A DNA stretch of 64,000 nt from Octopus sinensis. Taxonomy: Eukaryota. Positions 48,210 to 60,699 of the stretch are shown here, one piece after another. A program made the position numbers and the translations under genes. Position 1 is the stretch's first letter, and each line of letters opens with the position of its first letter. The notes under the pieces are model-generated. The model saw only the letters and a program-made list of their open reading frames with translations. It was not told where the DNA came from and did no database searches. The stretch covers positions 15,500,001 through 15,564,000 of the forward strand of contig NC_043005.1 of the NCBI RefSeq assembly GCF_006345805.1, read 5' to 3'.

Positions 48210-51060
48210 TATCATCATTATCATCGTTTAATGTCCGTAGCATGGGTTGGACGGTTTGACCAGGGCCTGGGAAGCCAGGAGGCTGCACCAGGCTCCAGTC
48301 TGATCTGGTAGTGTTTCTACAGCTGGATGCCCTTCCTAATGCCAACCACTCCATGAGTGTAGTGGGTGCTTTTTTTTACATCCCACTGGCACAGGTATCC
48401 CAACTACAATTTCCATTTGATTTTTCGATATTGATGTACTTGACTCAATAGGTCTCCTCAAGCACAGCAGGTCGCCCTACAATCCAAGGTAAGCATAGCA
48501 GGCCGTCCTGCGATCCAAGGCACTTTGGAAGGGCTGGGGCTTCTATGTGAAGCTGGTGCAGAAAACAGCCATGAACTTAGGTTATTTGTCAGGTCTTCGC
48601 AGTCACAGTATATCTCCAGAGGTCTCGGTCTTTCGTCATTGCCTCTGTGAGGCCCAATGTTCGAAGGTCATGCTTGACCATATATCCCATGTCTTCCTGG
48701 GTCTACCTCTACCCCGAATTCCTTCAACTGTTTGGGAGTGGCACTTCTTCACACATCTCTCCTCATCCATCCGTAGTACATGACCATACCAGCGCAGACG
48801 TCTCTCTTGCATGCCACATCCAATGCTTCTTATGTCCAGCATTTCTCTCAGGGCACTTACACTCTGTTGTGTGTGCACACTGACATTACACATCCAGCAG
48901 ATCATGCTAGCTTCATTTCTTTCAAGCCTACGCATGTCCTCTGCAGTCACAGCCCATGTTTCACTACCATGAAGCATGGCAATTCGCACACATGCGTTGT
49001 ACAATCTACCTTTCTGAGCAAGAGACCCTTTGTCACCAGTAGGGATAAGCTTTCTAAACTTTGCCCAGGCTATTCATATTCTAGTGGTGACACTCTCTGA
49101 GCATCCACCTCCACTACTAACTTGTCACCCAGGTAGCAGAAGCTATCAACCACTTCTAGTTTCCCCCCTCCCCTGGAGTGTGATGGAATCTGTTTTCTGA
49201 GTATCTGTGGTGTCTATTGCTCCTGTGCATCCGCCACACACGAAAGCTATCTTCTCGGTTAATTTTCCTTTTATGGTGCTGCACCTCTTATGTGTCCATA
49301 GCTTACACTGGGTACATCTTATGGAGTTTCTCCCCTACACCTTTTCTAAAGATTGAGCAGGGCCACCTACCTGAGTGGGGTGTGATGAGTGTGCCTTCCT
49401 ACTTACTATAACTTTGGTCTTTGCTACATTGACTCTATGGCCTTTTGATTCTAAACTTAGCTTCCACAGCCAAAATTTCTTTTCTAGTTCCGGTGGTTAT
49501 TCTGCTATGAGGGCCAGGTCATCAGCATATAGGAGCTCCCAGGGGCAACCCATCTTGAATTCCTGTTATTGCCTGGAGGACTATAATGAATAAAAGGGGA
49601 CTGAGGGCTGAACCTTGGTGGGCCCCTACTTCTACCCAGAATTCTTGACTATACTCATTGTCAATCCTAACCTTGCTAACGGCCCTCTCTGTATAGGGCC
49701 TGTACACCCTTATTAACCATTCATTAATCTCCAGTTTCCACATCGTCCACCAGATAAGGGATCGGGGGACCCTGTCAAAGGCTTTCTCCAAGTCCACGAA
49801 AGTTATGTGGAGGGGTTTGTTTTTAGCTAGGTATTTCTCCTGCAGTTGTCAAACCAGGAATATGGCATCAGTGGTGCTTCTACCCGGCACAAAACGAACT
49901 GCATCTCATCTAAGCAGACTCTCTCCCTAATGAGATGGGCTATGACCCTCTCTGTGACCTTCATCACCTGATCCAACAGCTAATACCCCTGTAGTTATTT
50001 CTATCTAGAGCATCACCCTTACCCTTGTAGCAGTTGACTATGGTGCTGCTATGCCAGTCATTGGGTATGACTCCATTATGAACTGCATGGTTTACAATGC
50101 AGGTGACTAAGCCAAAGCCCACACCACCAGATGTTTTAAAGCATCTCAGCAGTGATTCCTGATGGGCCGGGGGCTTTTCCTGGCTTCATACCCTTAATTG
50201 CTTTATCTACTACAGAGCTATCTATTGGGATATCTGGTCCCTCTACCGAGTCAACATTTGGCAGCCTCTCCTCCTCCCATTCATTCTCCACATCCAGCAG
50301 TCTCTCATAATGGCTTCTTCAAGCCGCTTTCTTTTCAGAAACATTGAAAGCAAGTGCACCATCATCCATGCGGACACATTTCTCTCCTGTGAGATCACAA
50401 TTTTCTCTCACACTGTCTAGCAATCCAAAATACCTCAGTTCTTTGGTCCTCACATCGCTGGACATTGGCAAACTTCTTCTTTTCTGCTTTGCCCTTGGCT
50501 ATGTATACCTACTGCCCAGCCTCCTTTTGGCTACCTGGTACAGTTCCCTGCTACCCCCATCCCTCCAGGCCTTCCAGGCTGTTTCTTTGCTCTAATGGCT
50601 TTGTCTACCACACTATTCCACCACCACGTAACTCTAGGTCTGGAAGGACTTTGCACCATCTGCAGACTTGGTCTGTGGCACTCAGCAAGCTGTCCCATAG
50701 GAATTTCCAGCTATCTTCTATGTCCAACGTCTGTACTCCTCCTCCCTGACCATGTGAAGGGTTCTTCAGCTTCCAAATCCTTCTTTTCTGGATTGGTCTG
50801 CTTCTTGGTATCCTTCTGGCCTTGAGCCTAAAGTCACTAATGACTAGCCTCTGCTGGGGGGTACATTCTTCAACCGGGAGGATCTTTGCATTTAAGAGCA
50901 ACCCTGCGTCCCGCTGTCTGGTGAGTATGAAATCAATCTGGCTAGCAGAGTTCCTGATTGATAGATTATAAGGTGGCTGTCTGGCTTCCTGAAGTTAGTG
51001 TTGCAGATTAAAGGTTACATGCAATACAGAATCCCAGTAGCTTAGTTCCCTCATCGTTTC
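48210..51060 (-). mobile_element. RTE-clade LINE, 5' truncated, degenerate ORF2 (end of APE, RT, PHD-like insert, 3'UTR, (ATG)n tail)
   Basis: DLEKAFDRVP, HQGSALSPLLF, PWELLYADDL (about 49505-45), LHGSETW, RERRLRWYGHV...GRGRPRKTW; frameshifts. Confidence 0.92.
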
Positions 51061-52079
51061 GGGTATAATATATATATATACAAATTGAGATAGGGGTTGT
51101 AAATGCAACCCTCCATGGGATAACATATATCCAATATACTGCTAGTGAAGTACCCCATTTATATTTATATTTACTTATATTTATATTCTCTTATACATAT
51201 TGTACTTATTGTATCACATTACTCCTTTATGTACACTGTTTTTGTTCTACATTATTATGTTTGACGTTAAAGTCTCTTATGTGGTGGTTTAATAAAGTAT
51301 GTGATTGGGTATTATCTGGTAATTGATATTTGATTTGGTTGTATTTCTCCATTTTCTTATTTTGTATATATATATATATATATAACAAATTATTTTATTC
51401 CAAACTGGTAGAAATATAGGAAAAATAGAAGTTGAAAATTGCTGAGAAAAGTTAAAATATTTTTTGTTAATATATTTAAAGCTTTAACTGGTTTCACAGT
51501 TTACAATGATTTACAAAAAAAAATTCTAATGGAAAGATGTGGCTTATGTCGCAGGTGTCTTGCTTCTGACCAATGTTTGAAGTTTGCCCTATTTTTATAG
51601 GGAGTTCATAGCGCAAATTAGTATATGTTTCTATAGAGTATAGTCACATGACTTGTCTGGAAATTTTTGCAGGTTTCCCGCTACGTCTATGTGTTAATAT
51701 CAAGTGACAATGTTTGGTGTCATGAGTTAAGGTTGACCGACATGGTTGACTGAAAAATGTCCAAACAATCAATGCTCTGAAAGTTTTCTGTCAAATGTTT
51801 GTAGAATGAACACATGATTAAGTTTGTAACCTTTTGTATGTTTCCCACTGCACCCGTGTATTAGTGTCATGTGACAGTATATTTTGCACCTTCACAAAAG
51901 AAGGCCAACACGGTTGAGTGAACATGTTTAGTTATAATCAAGGCACTGTTTGGTAGGAGAGTGGACAGGAGTCATTGTGTGTAGTCCAGTGGCTAAAGAT
52001 TAGGTTGATGATAAGTTGCAGAATGAGTTTTGTGCATGAATAGTTATTTGTGGATGTACTCTGTTAAAGTTCGTTAAGT

Positions 52080-52340
52080 ATTGGTTTGTACTTTATTATG
52101 AAAGTATTTTCTTCCTTTATCCGTGCTTCATCTGTGGTATTCATTGAACTCAGGTAGAATGGGAAGACCTGGAATTTGGGAGACTTATTTTTTATACATT
52201 TATTTATGTGTCCACTCAGTGGAATCTGTCTAGTATTGGGAACTTGTATTTGTTATTGGTGTATGGTCAGTTTATTTCTTGTCTTTAGTATTTATTTTGT
52301 TTAAGGGTCAAATATTGTTCCAAGTCATTCCAGAATTGAA
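52080..52340 (-). mobile_element. Penelope-like element GIY-YIG C-terminus relic
   Basis: IHQ*QIQVPNTRQIPLSGHI...FQVFPFY...RIKEENTFIIKYKPILN across frameshifts. Confidence 0.65.
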
Positions 52341-52414
52341 TTTCAATTCTTTGAAATTTGAGATTTTCATAATTGTTACAGAAGATAGAATATTCATAAG
52401 AAGAGAATGTGAAG

Positions 52415-52570
52415 GTGAGTGGCTGAGTGGTTAAGGGTTTCCACTAACAATTATAATGTTGTAGGTTTAATTTCTGAACAGGGCAGTATGTTGTGTCCTT
52501 GAGCAATGCATTCCATTTCTCATTGGATCAGTTTGCTCACCCGCAAATGTGTACCAGCTGAGTGATGGTG
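52415..52570 (+). mobile_element. Old CORE-type SINE
   Basis: tRNA-like head gtggctgagtggttaag and ttgtgtccttgagcaa core. Confidence 0.5.
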
Positions 52571-52788
52571 CAGATTTCTAACTCCAGCTGTCATGTCGAT
52601 GAATCCAAGAGTCAAAAGGAGTCTACATTTTCTTATGACTTCATCAGCTATGAAAATGGTTCATTAATGAAATCATGGTATCTGTTACCAAGACATTTGT
52701 ATATGGGTGACAATTGGCTTGTTAACCATTTACCATCTTTCCTCAGACATATTGTAATGGAATGACTGGAATAAATATTCTCTTCAGT
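52560..52788 (-). pseudogene. Degenerate FN3-like exon relic
   Basis: Good acceptor gtgtttttgttAG at 52789-90 and motif VTHIQMSW; several stops. Confidence 0.25.
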
Positions 52789-52912
52789 CTAACAAAAACA
52801 CAGAACACCAAGAAAACAATTACATGAAGAACTCCAACTTGCTTTAAAGAATTTTTTACCATTTCCTTCCTGAAAAGTGGTTTTCTAAATGAAAAATACC
52901 AGCTCCACCTCT

Positions 52913-53178
52913 CATCATCATCATCATCATCATCATTTAGCGTCCGCTTTCCATGCTAGCATGGGTCTGTGAAGCCGGAAGGCCGCATCAGGCCCAGTCT
53001 TATCTGGCAGTGTTTCTACGCCAACCACTCCGTGAGTGTAGTGGTGCTTTTTACGTGCCACCCGCACAGGTGCCAGACGGAGCTGGCAAACGGCCACAAA
53101 CGGATGGTGCTTTTACGTGCCACTGGCACGGGGCCAGGCGAGGCTGGCAACGGACATGAACAGATGGTGCTTTTACAA
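52913..53178 (-). mobile_element. RTE 3'UTR-derived element
   Basis: Family match, small deletions. Confidence 0.85.
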
Positions 53179-54379
53179 AATATTTTTTCCCCGCCATGAA
53201 AATGAAACAGAGTTTCTATCGCTATAATTCTTCTTTCGTTATAGCACAATTCTTTTACTTGCTTCAATCATTGGACTGCAGCCATGCTGAAGTACTGCTT
53301 TGAAGGCTTAAAATGAAGAAATGAAGCCCAGTTGTGAACACATGGGGCAAGTCAAGGTGTGGGAAAGAAACAGAAGGACACACACACCACAAATGAAAGC
53401 TTAAAGATTTTAATTTTATTAAAAGTGACAGTCTGTTTTTGCCATTCTCCCACCCAATCCCAACCCACACAGCACCCACTATGAGTCTTAAATATTCCAT
53501 CATCTGAAAATCTGCAACCATATGGCTCCAGGTTCAGTCCTTGGGCAAGGACACACACACACACAGACACACACACAGACAGAGACACACACACACACAC
53601 ACAAACCACACACACACACACGCACACAGTTTGTTCTGCCACTCTCCCACCCCACCCCACACACCATCCACTATGAATCTTAAGTATTCCATCACCTGAA
53701 CTCTGTAATGGAAAATCCAAATGATTTTATCCTGCATTCTGGGACGTTACCAAGGAAGTCACTTCCTAACTGGATTTCTTCTGAGTTGCCTGTTCACTAC
53801 ATTATACACCCAACCATTTTATATTTGTGTATATGTGATGAAAATATGTGTGTATGTCTGTCTCTGAATGTGTACATGTGTGCCTTCATTTCTACTGATG
53901 TTGATGTCTAACATTAAAATACACAAAATGTAAACAAGACGTGTTCCCATATACCACATACCTGTTTTTACTACTGGAATATATTCTGTCACTAACTGAT
54001 TCTTAACTTTGCTTTCTTCTTTTACATTGAAATTATGCTCCGCGTAATCATTCTTCACACTTATCTGAAATGATAGATTTGAAATATTATTTACACAACT
54101 CAGCTGTTTTGAGTACTGATTCTGAGTTCCCTCAGTTCTTTGTGAAGTGTTGATCTTATTCGTCCTAGCTCTCTCTATTTCTCTCTACGTTTTGTAGGGG
54201 AGAAACATTAAATTCCGTTCTCCTCTCCCACCTCCCTCCAAGTCAATCAATCAATCAAACAACCAATAATATTTATATCACACAGTCAATATATAGATTC
54301 TACTGTCTGACTATTCTCCTGTCCAGAAATATCCATCAACATGTGATTAGCATTTTTGATCCTAATTAACTCTGAACGT

Positions 54380-54670
54380 CAATCTGTAGTAGACACTCGT
54401 TTGTGAACTGCTTGAAAATGCACCTCATCACTAGGTACACAAACAGTGGCACAGGATATGACCTGTATCATTGAAATCCATCGATTAGATAAAAAGTCAT
54501 TGTGTTCTGAACATACCTACCATTTCTTAGTCCCTTTTATGCCAAATCCTTCTTTGAACAAGGAGTTAAAACACAGAGAACTGTAAATGAGTGCAAGAAT
54601 TAAGAGAATGTCTCTCCATGCAACACTAATGGTAGAACATGGATTTAGTAGTGCAGAGCAATAGAACAGT
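54380..54670 (-). pseudogene. Degenerate FN3-like exon relic
   Basis: About 95 codons with one stop: STISVAW...KKW*...IQVISCATVCVPSDEVHF. FN3-like pieces also appear in adjacent frames. Confidence 0.35.
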
Positions 54671-55099
54671 CAACAATATACACAGCTCCCACTGCATGCA
54701 GTGGTAAGATGTAGCACTTAGGGGTACCTATTTATAGTAAGGGACTAAACTAGTGAGACTTTAACAGCACTGGAGATGAAGTTTTGATTATTCACGTGAA
54801 AAGTGACACTTTGTGAAGGAAGAGTTTACTTTGAAACAAGTGACACCTTAATCGTCAATATCATCATCATTATCCACATCACCATCTCCACCACCACCAT
54901 CATCATCATCATTATCCACATCACCATCTCCACCACCACTATCATCATCATCATCATCAGATGGAAGTTTTGGGGAATAAAGGAGAAAAGAGAGATAAAA
55001 TTAACAAGATTGTGAGAAAAGACAGCACAGACTTGAAAGGTAATAGGATGGGTTATTTAGTGGTGGAGGGGCAGGTCAAGGGCTATATCCATCATCATA

Positions 55100-55472
55100 A
55101 TATTTTCAGAAAAGATTTTCAAGTTGGCTCTACTAGTATTTTGAACCCAGCCATTTTGAAATCTCAAATTCACTAACATAAATTACGCCCTTTGCTTTCT
55201 TATCATCATTAGATATCTTAAAATGGGTGAATAAAATATCATATTACAGCATTGATTCTGATAGGTTTATCCAAAAATTCAGTTTTAAGCCGGTTATTTT
55301 ATCATCTTCATATGTCTTCAAATCGAAATGGTCAACACAGTTATATCCATGTTTACAGAGATTTGCCAAAATAAACCTCTAGAAAAAGAAGATAATGTTC
55401 CTTGAATTATTTCTACATAGAAAGCTTGCATATGTTCTTCTGGAGAAACAATTTCCAGATGCCAATTTGTAC
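55100..55472 (-). pseudogene. Degenerate exon relic (FN3-like)
   Basis: Strong acceptor tttttttctttatttcAG at 55473-74. Phase-1 frame TNWHLEIVSPEEHMQAFYVEIIQG..., later frame ITGLKLNFWINLS; frameshifts and stops. Confidence 0.35.
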
Positions 55473-55581
55473 CTGAAATAAAGAAAAAAATTTAATTACT
55501 CAATATGTGAGTGTGTGTGTGTCTGTGTATATATATATATATATACACACACACATATGTATATGTATATATATATATATA

Positions 55582-55752
55582 CGCTTGAGACCGATAGTGG
55601 TGTGTTTACATTTCTGTAATTAGCGGTTCGGCAAAAGAGACCATTAGAATAAGTACTGGGTTTACAAAGAATAAGTCCTGGGGTCGATTTGCTCAGCTAT
55701 AGGTGGTGCTCCAGCATGGCCACAGTCAAATGACTGAAGCAAGTAAAAGAGT
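55582..55752 (+). mobile_element. SINE family A, 3' half only
   Basis: Tail module; shares private substitutions with the copy at 60263-60650. Confidence 0.85.
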
Positions 55753-55872
55753 ATATATATGCTGTCTGACCTGTGCTAGCACGGAAACAGACGTTAAACA
55801 ATGAATGATGATGATAATATATATATATATATATATATAGATGATATATATATATATATATATATATAGATA

Positions 55873-56296
55873 GGGAGATGTACTCGCATAGCAAGTGATT
55901 TGATCTGAGATCGTGTGCTGAAACGAAATCAATTGCAGCGTGGAAGGTTTTGTAAGCCATTTAAGAAACACACAAAAGCCATTCGATTCACTTCAACATT
56001 AAGTTTAATTTGTCAAATATTTTCGTCGCTAAAATCTGCGACCTGTTCGCTGACAAAAATCCGTGCTGCATCTGAACTAACTGTTACTTTCTCAGATGCA
56101 GCACGGATTTTTGTCAGTGAACAGGTCGCGGATTTTAGCGACAAAAATATTTTGACAAATTAAACTTAAATGTTGAAGTGAATCGAATGGCTTTTGTGTG
56201 TTTCTTAAATGGCTTACAACACCTTCCACGCTGCAATTGATTTCGTTTCAGCACACGATCTCAGATCAAATCACTTGCTATGCGAGTACATCTCCC
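55873..56296. mobile_element. Foldback/palindromic MITE, TA flanks
   Basis: About 203-bp near-perfect inverted arms (55873-56075, 56092-56296) with a 16-nt spacer. Confidence 0.9.
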
Positions 56297-56304
56297 TATA
56301 TATA

Positions 56305-59300
56305 AAACTTAGATAAAACTTAGATATGTTTCGACCAGAGATTGGTCCAGGCCATGTCTAACTTAATAGCACCACCTGATAGGATTATTCGAATCCTGTT
56401 TAAGTCAAGTTTTTTTAAGTAGTGAGTTCTTGTTGGGTGAGTTGTATCCAATTATGGGTGGCTTGTCTGGTATTCTTTGAAGGAATCTATCCAGACTCTG
56501 TTTGAAGTTGATGGGATCCTTTTCCTCTTTGATCTCCCTCGGGACAATGTTAAATAGGGCAGGGCCTGTTGAGGAAAAGAAATTATGTTGCAGTGTACAT
56601 GTATGTTGTGATCTTGAATTTGGCAGGGGACGTATAGCCCGTGGTCCAAGTCTCGGATGAACCTTGAAGCTAATGTTTAGGTCGTTTGGGCAAGTTGGCG
56701 GTATATTTTCCACATCATACAAATGATGTACCGCTCACGCGACGCTGGAGGGAGTAAAGTTTCAAGGCTTTAAGGCGATCCCAATAGTCGAGAGCAGCCA
56801 TGCCTTCAATTTGTTTAGTGAGAGCCCTCTGGGGTGACTCATTCTGGAGATGTTTTGTGTCTGTGTGAGGAGACCAGTTGGCACAGGATTCAAGGTGCCT
56901 ACGAGCTGTATCGACCTTCTTGTTGATGTGTGCGCTCCAACTGAGATCGTCATCAACAATTACACCCAGGTCCTGATATTGTTAGAGGCTGTGAGCGGTT
57001 CCCCTGAAGGAAGAGAGTATGGTTGTTTTAGTGAGAATTTCTTCCAAAATGCATCAGCTCAATTTTCCCCTCGTTCAGTTGCATTTTGTTTCTGTCTGCC
57101 CATTGACTCACAGCATATAGGTCAGACTGGAGTTGAGTTCGGTCTGCTTCTTCATTGACGATTTGCTGGAGCTTAGTGTCATCAGCGAATATTTTCACTT
57201 TGCAGTGATGTCGACACTGGAAAGGTCGTTTACATAAATTATGAAGAGTAGCGGACCCAAAACAGTTCCCTGGGGAACACCGCTGGTGACTTTTGCTGGG
57301 TTTGAGTGGACTCCATCAACTACAACATGTTGTGTTCTATTTGCTAGGAAATACTGAATCCAGTGTAGAACTTTTCCACGGATTCCAAAATTTGCCAATT
57401 TTGAGAGTAGGATGTTATGGTCTACCCTGTCGAACGCTTTACTGAAGTCAAGGTATATGACGTCAGAGTTCGAACCTGTTCCCAAGGCTTTGAGTACATC
57501 TTCAATGTGGTGTAAGAGCTGGTTAGACAGTCCCTGCCACAGCGAAAGCCATGTTGATTTGAATTTAGGAGTTTGTGGTCTCCAGGAAGTCAGCTATCCT
57601 TGATCTTAACACTCTTTCAAACACTTTAATGATGTGGGAGGTGAGTGAGATTGGGCGATAGTTGACTGCGAGGGATCTGTTTCCCTGTTTGAAAACCGGG
57701 ATGACCGACTGGGATAGAACTTTTTCGGTATATAACCTGCGTCTAACGAGTTTCTCCAGAGGTTGGTCAGAGGGACTGCAAGTTGATATCTACATTCCTT
57801 CAGGAGACTGGCGGGAAATCTATCAGGGCCTACAGCGGAGTAATGTTTGACCTCATTTATTGCTGCTACGATGTCGGTGGCAGTGAAGGTTATGTCTGCG
57901 ATTTGTGTTGGGAGTCAGCTTCGTTCGTTTCCCCCTCACATCAATATCAGTGGGAACACTGAAGACAGAGCAATATTGTTTCTGCAGTATTTCTGCCATT
58001 TCTTTAGCATCGTGTTGGGGAATGCCGTTTTCATCAATCAATGGCCCAATAGGTGAGACAGTGGTTCTATGCTTATTTGCATAAGAATAGAACACTTTTG
58101 GTTCTGTTTGATGTTTTTGATTACCCATTGTTCCTCCCAGCTCTTTGATTTTCAATGGAGGTTTTCATGTTAGTCTGCAGATGAAGTTTTTCCAGCTCTA
58201 GTCTTTTCATTGTTGTTGAATGTGGATGTTGCGTGTGGGAATATTTTAATTGGTTGATTTTTTTGTTGAGTCTTTTGATGCGCCTGATGAGTGTTTTTTT
58301 TTCTTTTAGGAGCCGGTTTCTGTTGTGTTAGTAGATTTCTTGGGAGCGTGTTTAGAGCATGTGTCGGTGACAATGGTTTCAAAGTGCTGCCATCGGTCTC
58401 AATATGAGGGGAATTGAGAGTAAAAGACCAGTCGATGGAAGACAGATCCTTTCTGATTGTTCCCCAGTCCGCTTTGTGGAAATTTATGTTGTCAAATGGG
58501 TGCCATGGAGTGGGATTGGCTGGTTTGGTTTTTATACGTCGGGAATTAAGATTGCAGAGTACCATGTCGTGGTCTGAGAGGAGAGTTTTTTTCGACTGAA
58601 ATGCTGTGAACGTAGCTAGAGTGATTGGTCAGTACCAGATCCAAGATCGTTTTATTCTGTCTCGTTGGTTCAAGCACTAGCTGAGTCAGGAAATACTCAT
58701 CCATCAGATTAAAGAGCATTCTGCTGCTGCCCTATCTGATGTAGAGCACTTGCCCAACTTCGGAGTATTTGTGGGCCTTCACATGAGGGAGGTTAAAATC
58801 ACCCATCACTATTATGTTTCCGGAGTGGTACTTCCGAAGGAAGGACTTGACTTTGCTAAGGCACTCTTCAAAGTACTTTAGAGGTGCCTGGGAGGCCTGT
58901 AAAGACCAACAATGGTTATGTCCTTGGCTTTGTTGTATACTGATACCGATTCACAGTAGCCATTGGAAAATGTGTCCTTGGCATCAAGTGAAAAGGAGTC
59001 ATGGATAAAGATGGCTGTCCCTCCCTTATTTTTGGTCTGTGCGATCCGCACGAACAATGGTGAAATCTTTTATTTCACCTCTGCGTCCATATGGGTGTTG
59101 TTCAGGTGAGTCTCGGTAAGGATAAAGAAAGGGAAGCAATGTGCCATTTCGGCAAGCCAACTCTCTATATATGGGATCTTCCATTTTTGGGCAATAATTG
59201 ATGGGTTGATGCCACGTACATTTAACAGGAATGTCGAGGTAAGGGAAGTTGGTAATGGGTGAGTGGTCCTTGTGATTTGCATAGATGGTTGGTGATGGCT

Positions 59301-59480
59301 CGCTGGATCTCCTGGCTTAGGTCGGCCTTCATATTTTCCAGGTATGTCAGTAAAAAAGTTACTGTTTGGTTTGGCCACTTGGTCAGAGGATACATATTTC
59401 AAGTTGGCGTTATTTGGTGTTTTTTCCTGGTTCTGTCTACGGTGTTTTTTCCTGGTTCTGTCTACGGTGTTTTTTCCTGG
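56305..59480 (-). mobile_element. CR1-group LINE (APE + RT), 5' truncated, many frameshifts
   Basis: LLNVRGI and LTETHL (APE); YLDFSKAFDRV, SGVPQGTVLGPLLF, shifted FADD (RT); 3' end with tatctaagtttt x2; (TA)n at both ends. Confidence 0.92.
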
Positions 59481-59481
59481 T
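59416..59481. repeat. 25-bp tandem repeat (about 2.6 copies) at LINE 5' junction
   Basis: ggtgttttttcctggttctgtctac repeated. Confidence 0.9.
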
Positions 59482-60262
59482 TTATATATATATATATATA
59501 AGTATTAGAAATAGTTCTTTAAGTATTAGAAATAGTTTTAAAAAAGTTTTTTTAGCTGCTATTTCTAATGAGTTCAGTATGCGGCAAAGTAATTTATTTT
59601 ACTAAGCCCTTTTATATAATGTAATAATTTGAATTCGCCTTAAATGGTCCCTTTGCATACTGAATACTTGGTGAAATTGATTAATTAATTAATTTTACCC
59701 TCAATTGTTGAAATTATAATTCATCTCTCTCTATTTAATGCCTCGGATTTTACCGAAAAAACATAGTGTTTACTGATTTTAACCCACGCTGGTGGAAAGG
59801 GGAGAACAGAAATTCTTCGCTTGCATATTTGAGTTTGCTGGCACTGTTAGTTTCGAGCAGATCTTCAGAAGCGATAAGAAGCCGAAAGGGTATGCTCCCA
59901 CTTTTCAGTGTTTTCAAATCCAAACCAAGGAGTTCTGAGCTGATGATAGAATGTCGAGTTTGCTAATCTTGAACGTACGTTCTCAAATACCTTTGCATTT
60001 GATTTTTTAATGTTCTCTACCCCCATACTTTCGTGAGTTGAATTGAGCAACACTATATGAGAGAGGTTTCTCTTAAGTATTAGAAATAGTTTTAAAAAAG
60101 TTTTTTAGCTGCTATTTCTAATGAGTTCAGTATCGGGCAAAGTAATTTATTTTACTAAGCCCTTTTATATAATATATATAATATATAATATATTATCATC
60201 ATCATCATCATTGTTTAACGTCCGTTTTCTTGCTAGCACAGTCAGACAGCATATATATATAT

Positions 60263-60650
60263 ACTCTTTTACTTGCTTCAGTCATTTGACTGGGCCAGGC
60301 TGGAGCACCACCTATAGCTGAGCAAATCGACCCCAGGACTTATCTTTGTAAACCCAGTACTTATCTAATGGTCTCTTTTGTCCGAACCGCTAATTACAGA
60401 AATGTAAACACACCACTATCGTTCTCAAAGCGATGTTGGGGGGGGGGGGCAATCACAGACACAACAAACATATAGACACACATATATATATATACATATA
60501 TGCGACGGGCTTCTTTCATTTTCCGTCTACCAAATCCACTCACGAGGCTCTGGTCAGCCCGAGGCTATAGTAGAAGACACTTGCCCAAGGTGCCATGCAG
60601 TGGGACTGAACCCACAGCCATGCAGTTCGTAAGCAAGCTGCTTACCACAA
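60263..60650 (-). mobile_element. SINE family A
   Basis: Reverse-complement, full length. Confidence 0.87.
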
Positions 60651-60699
60651 ACCCAATATATATATGCACAAGTGAGACCATAACCTTGTGGCCTATGCC

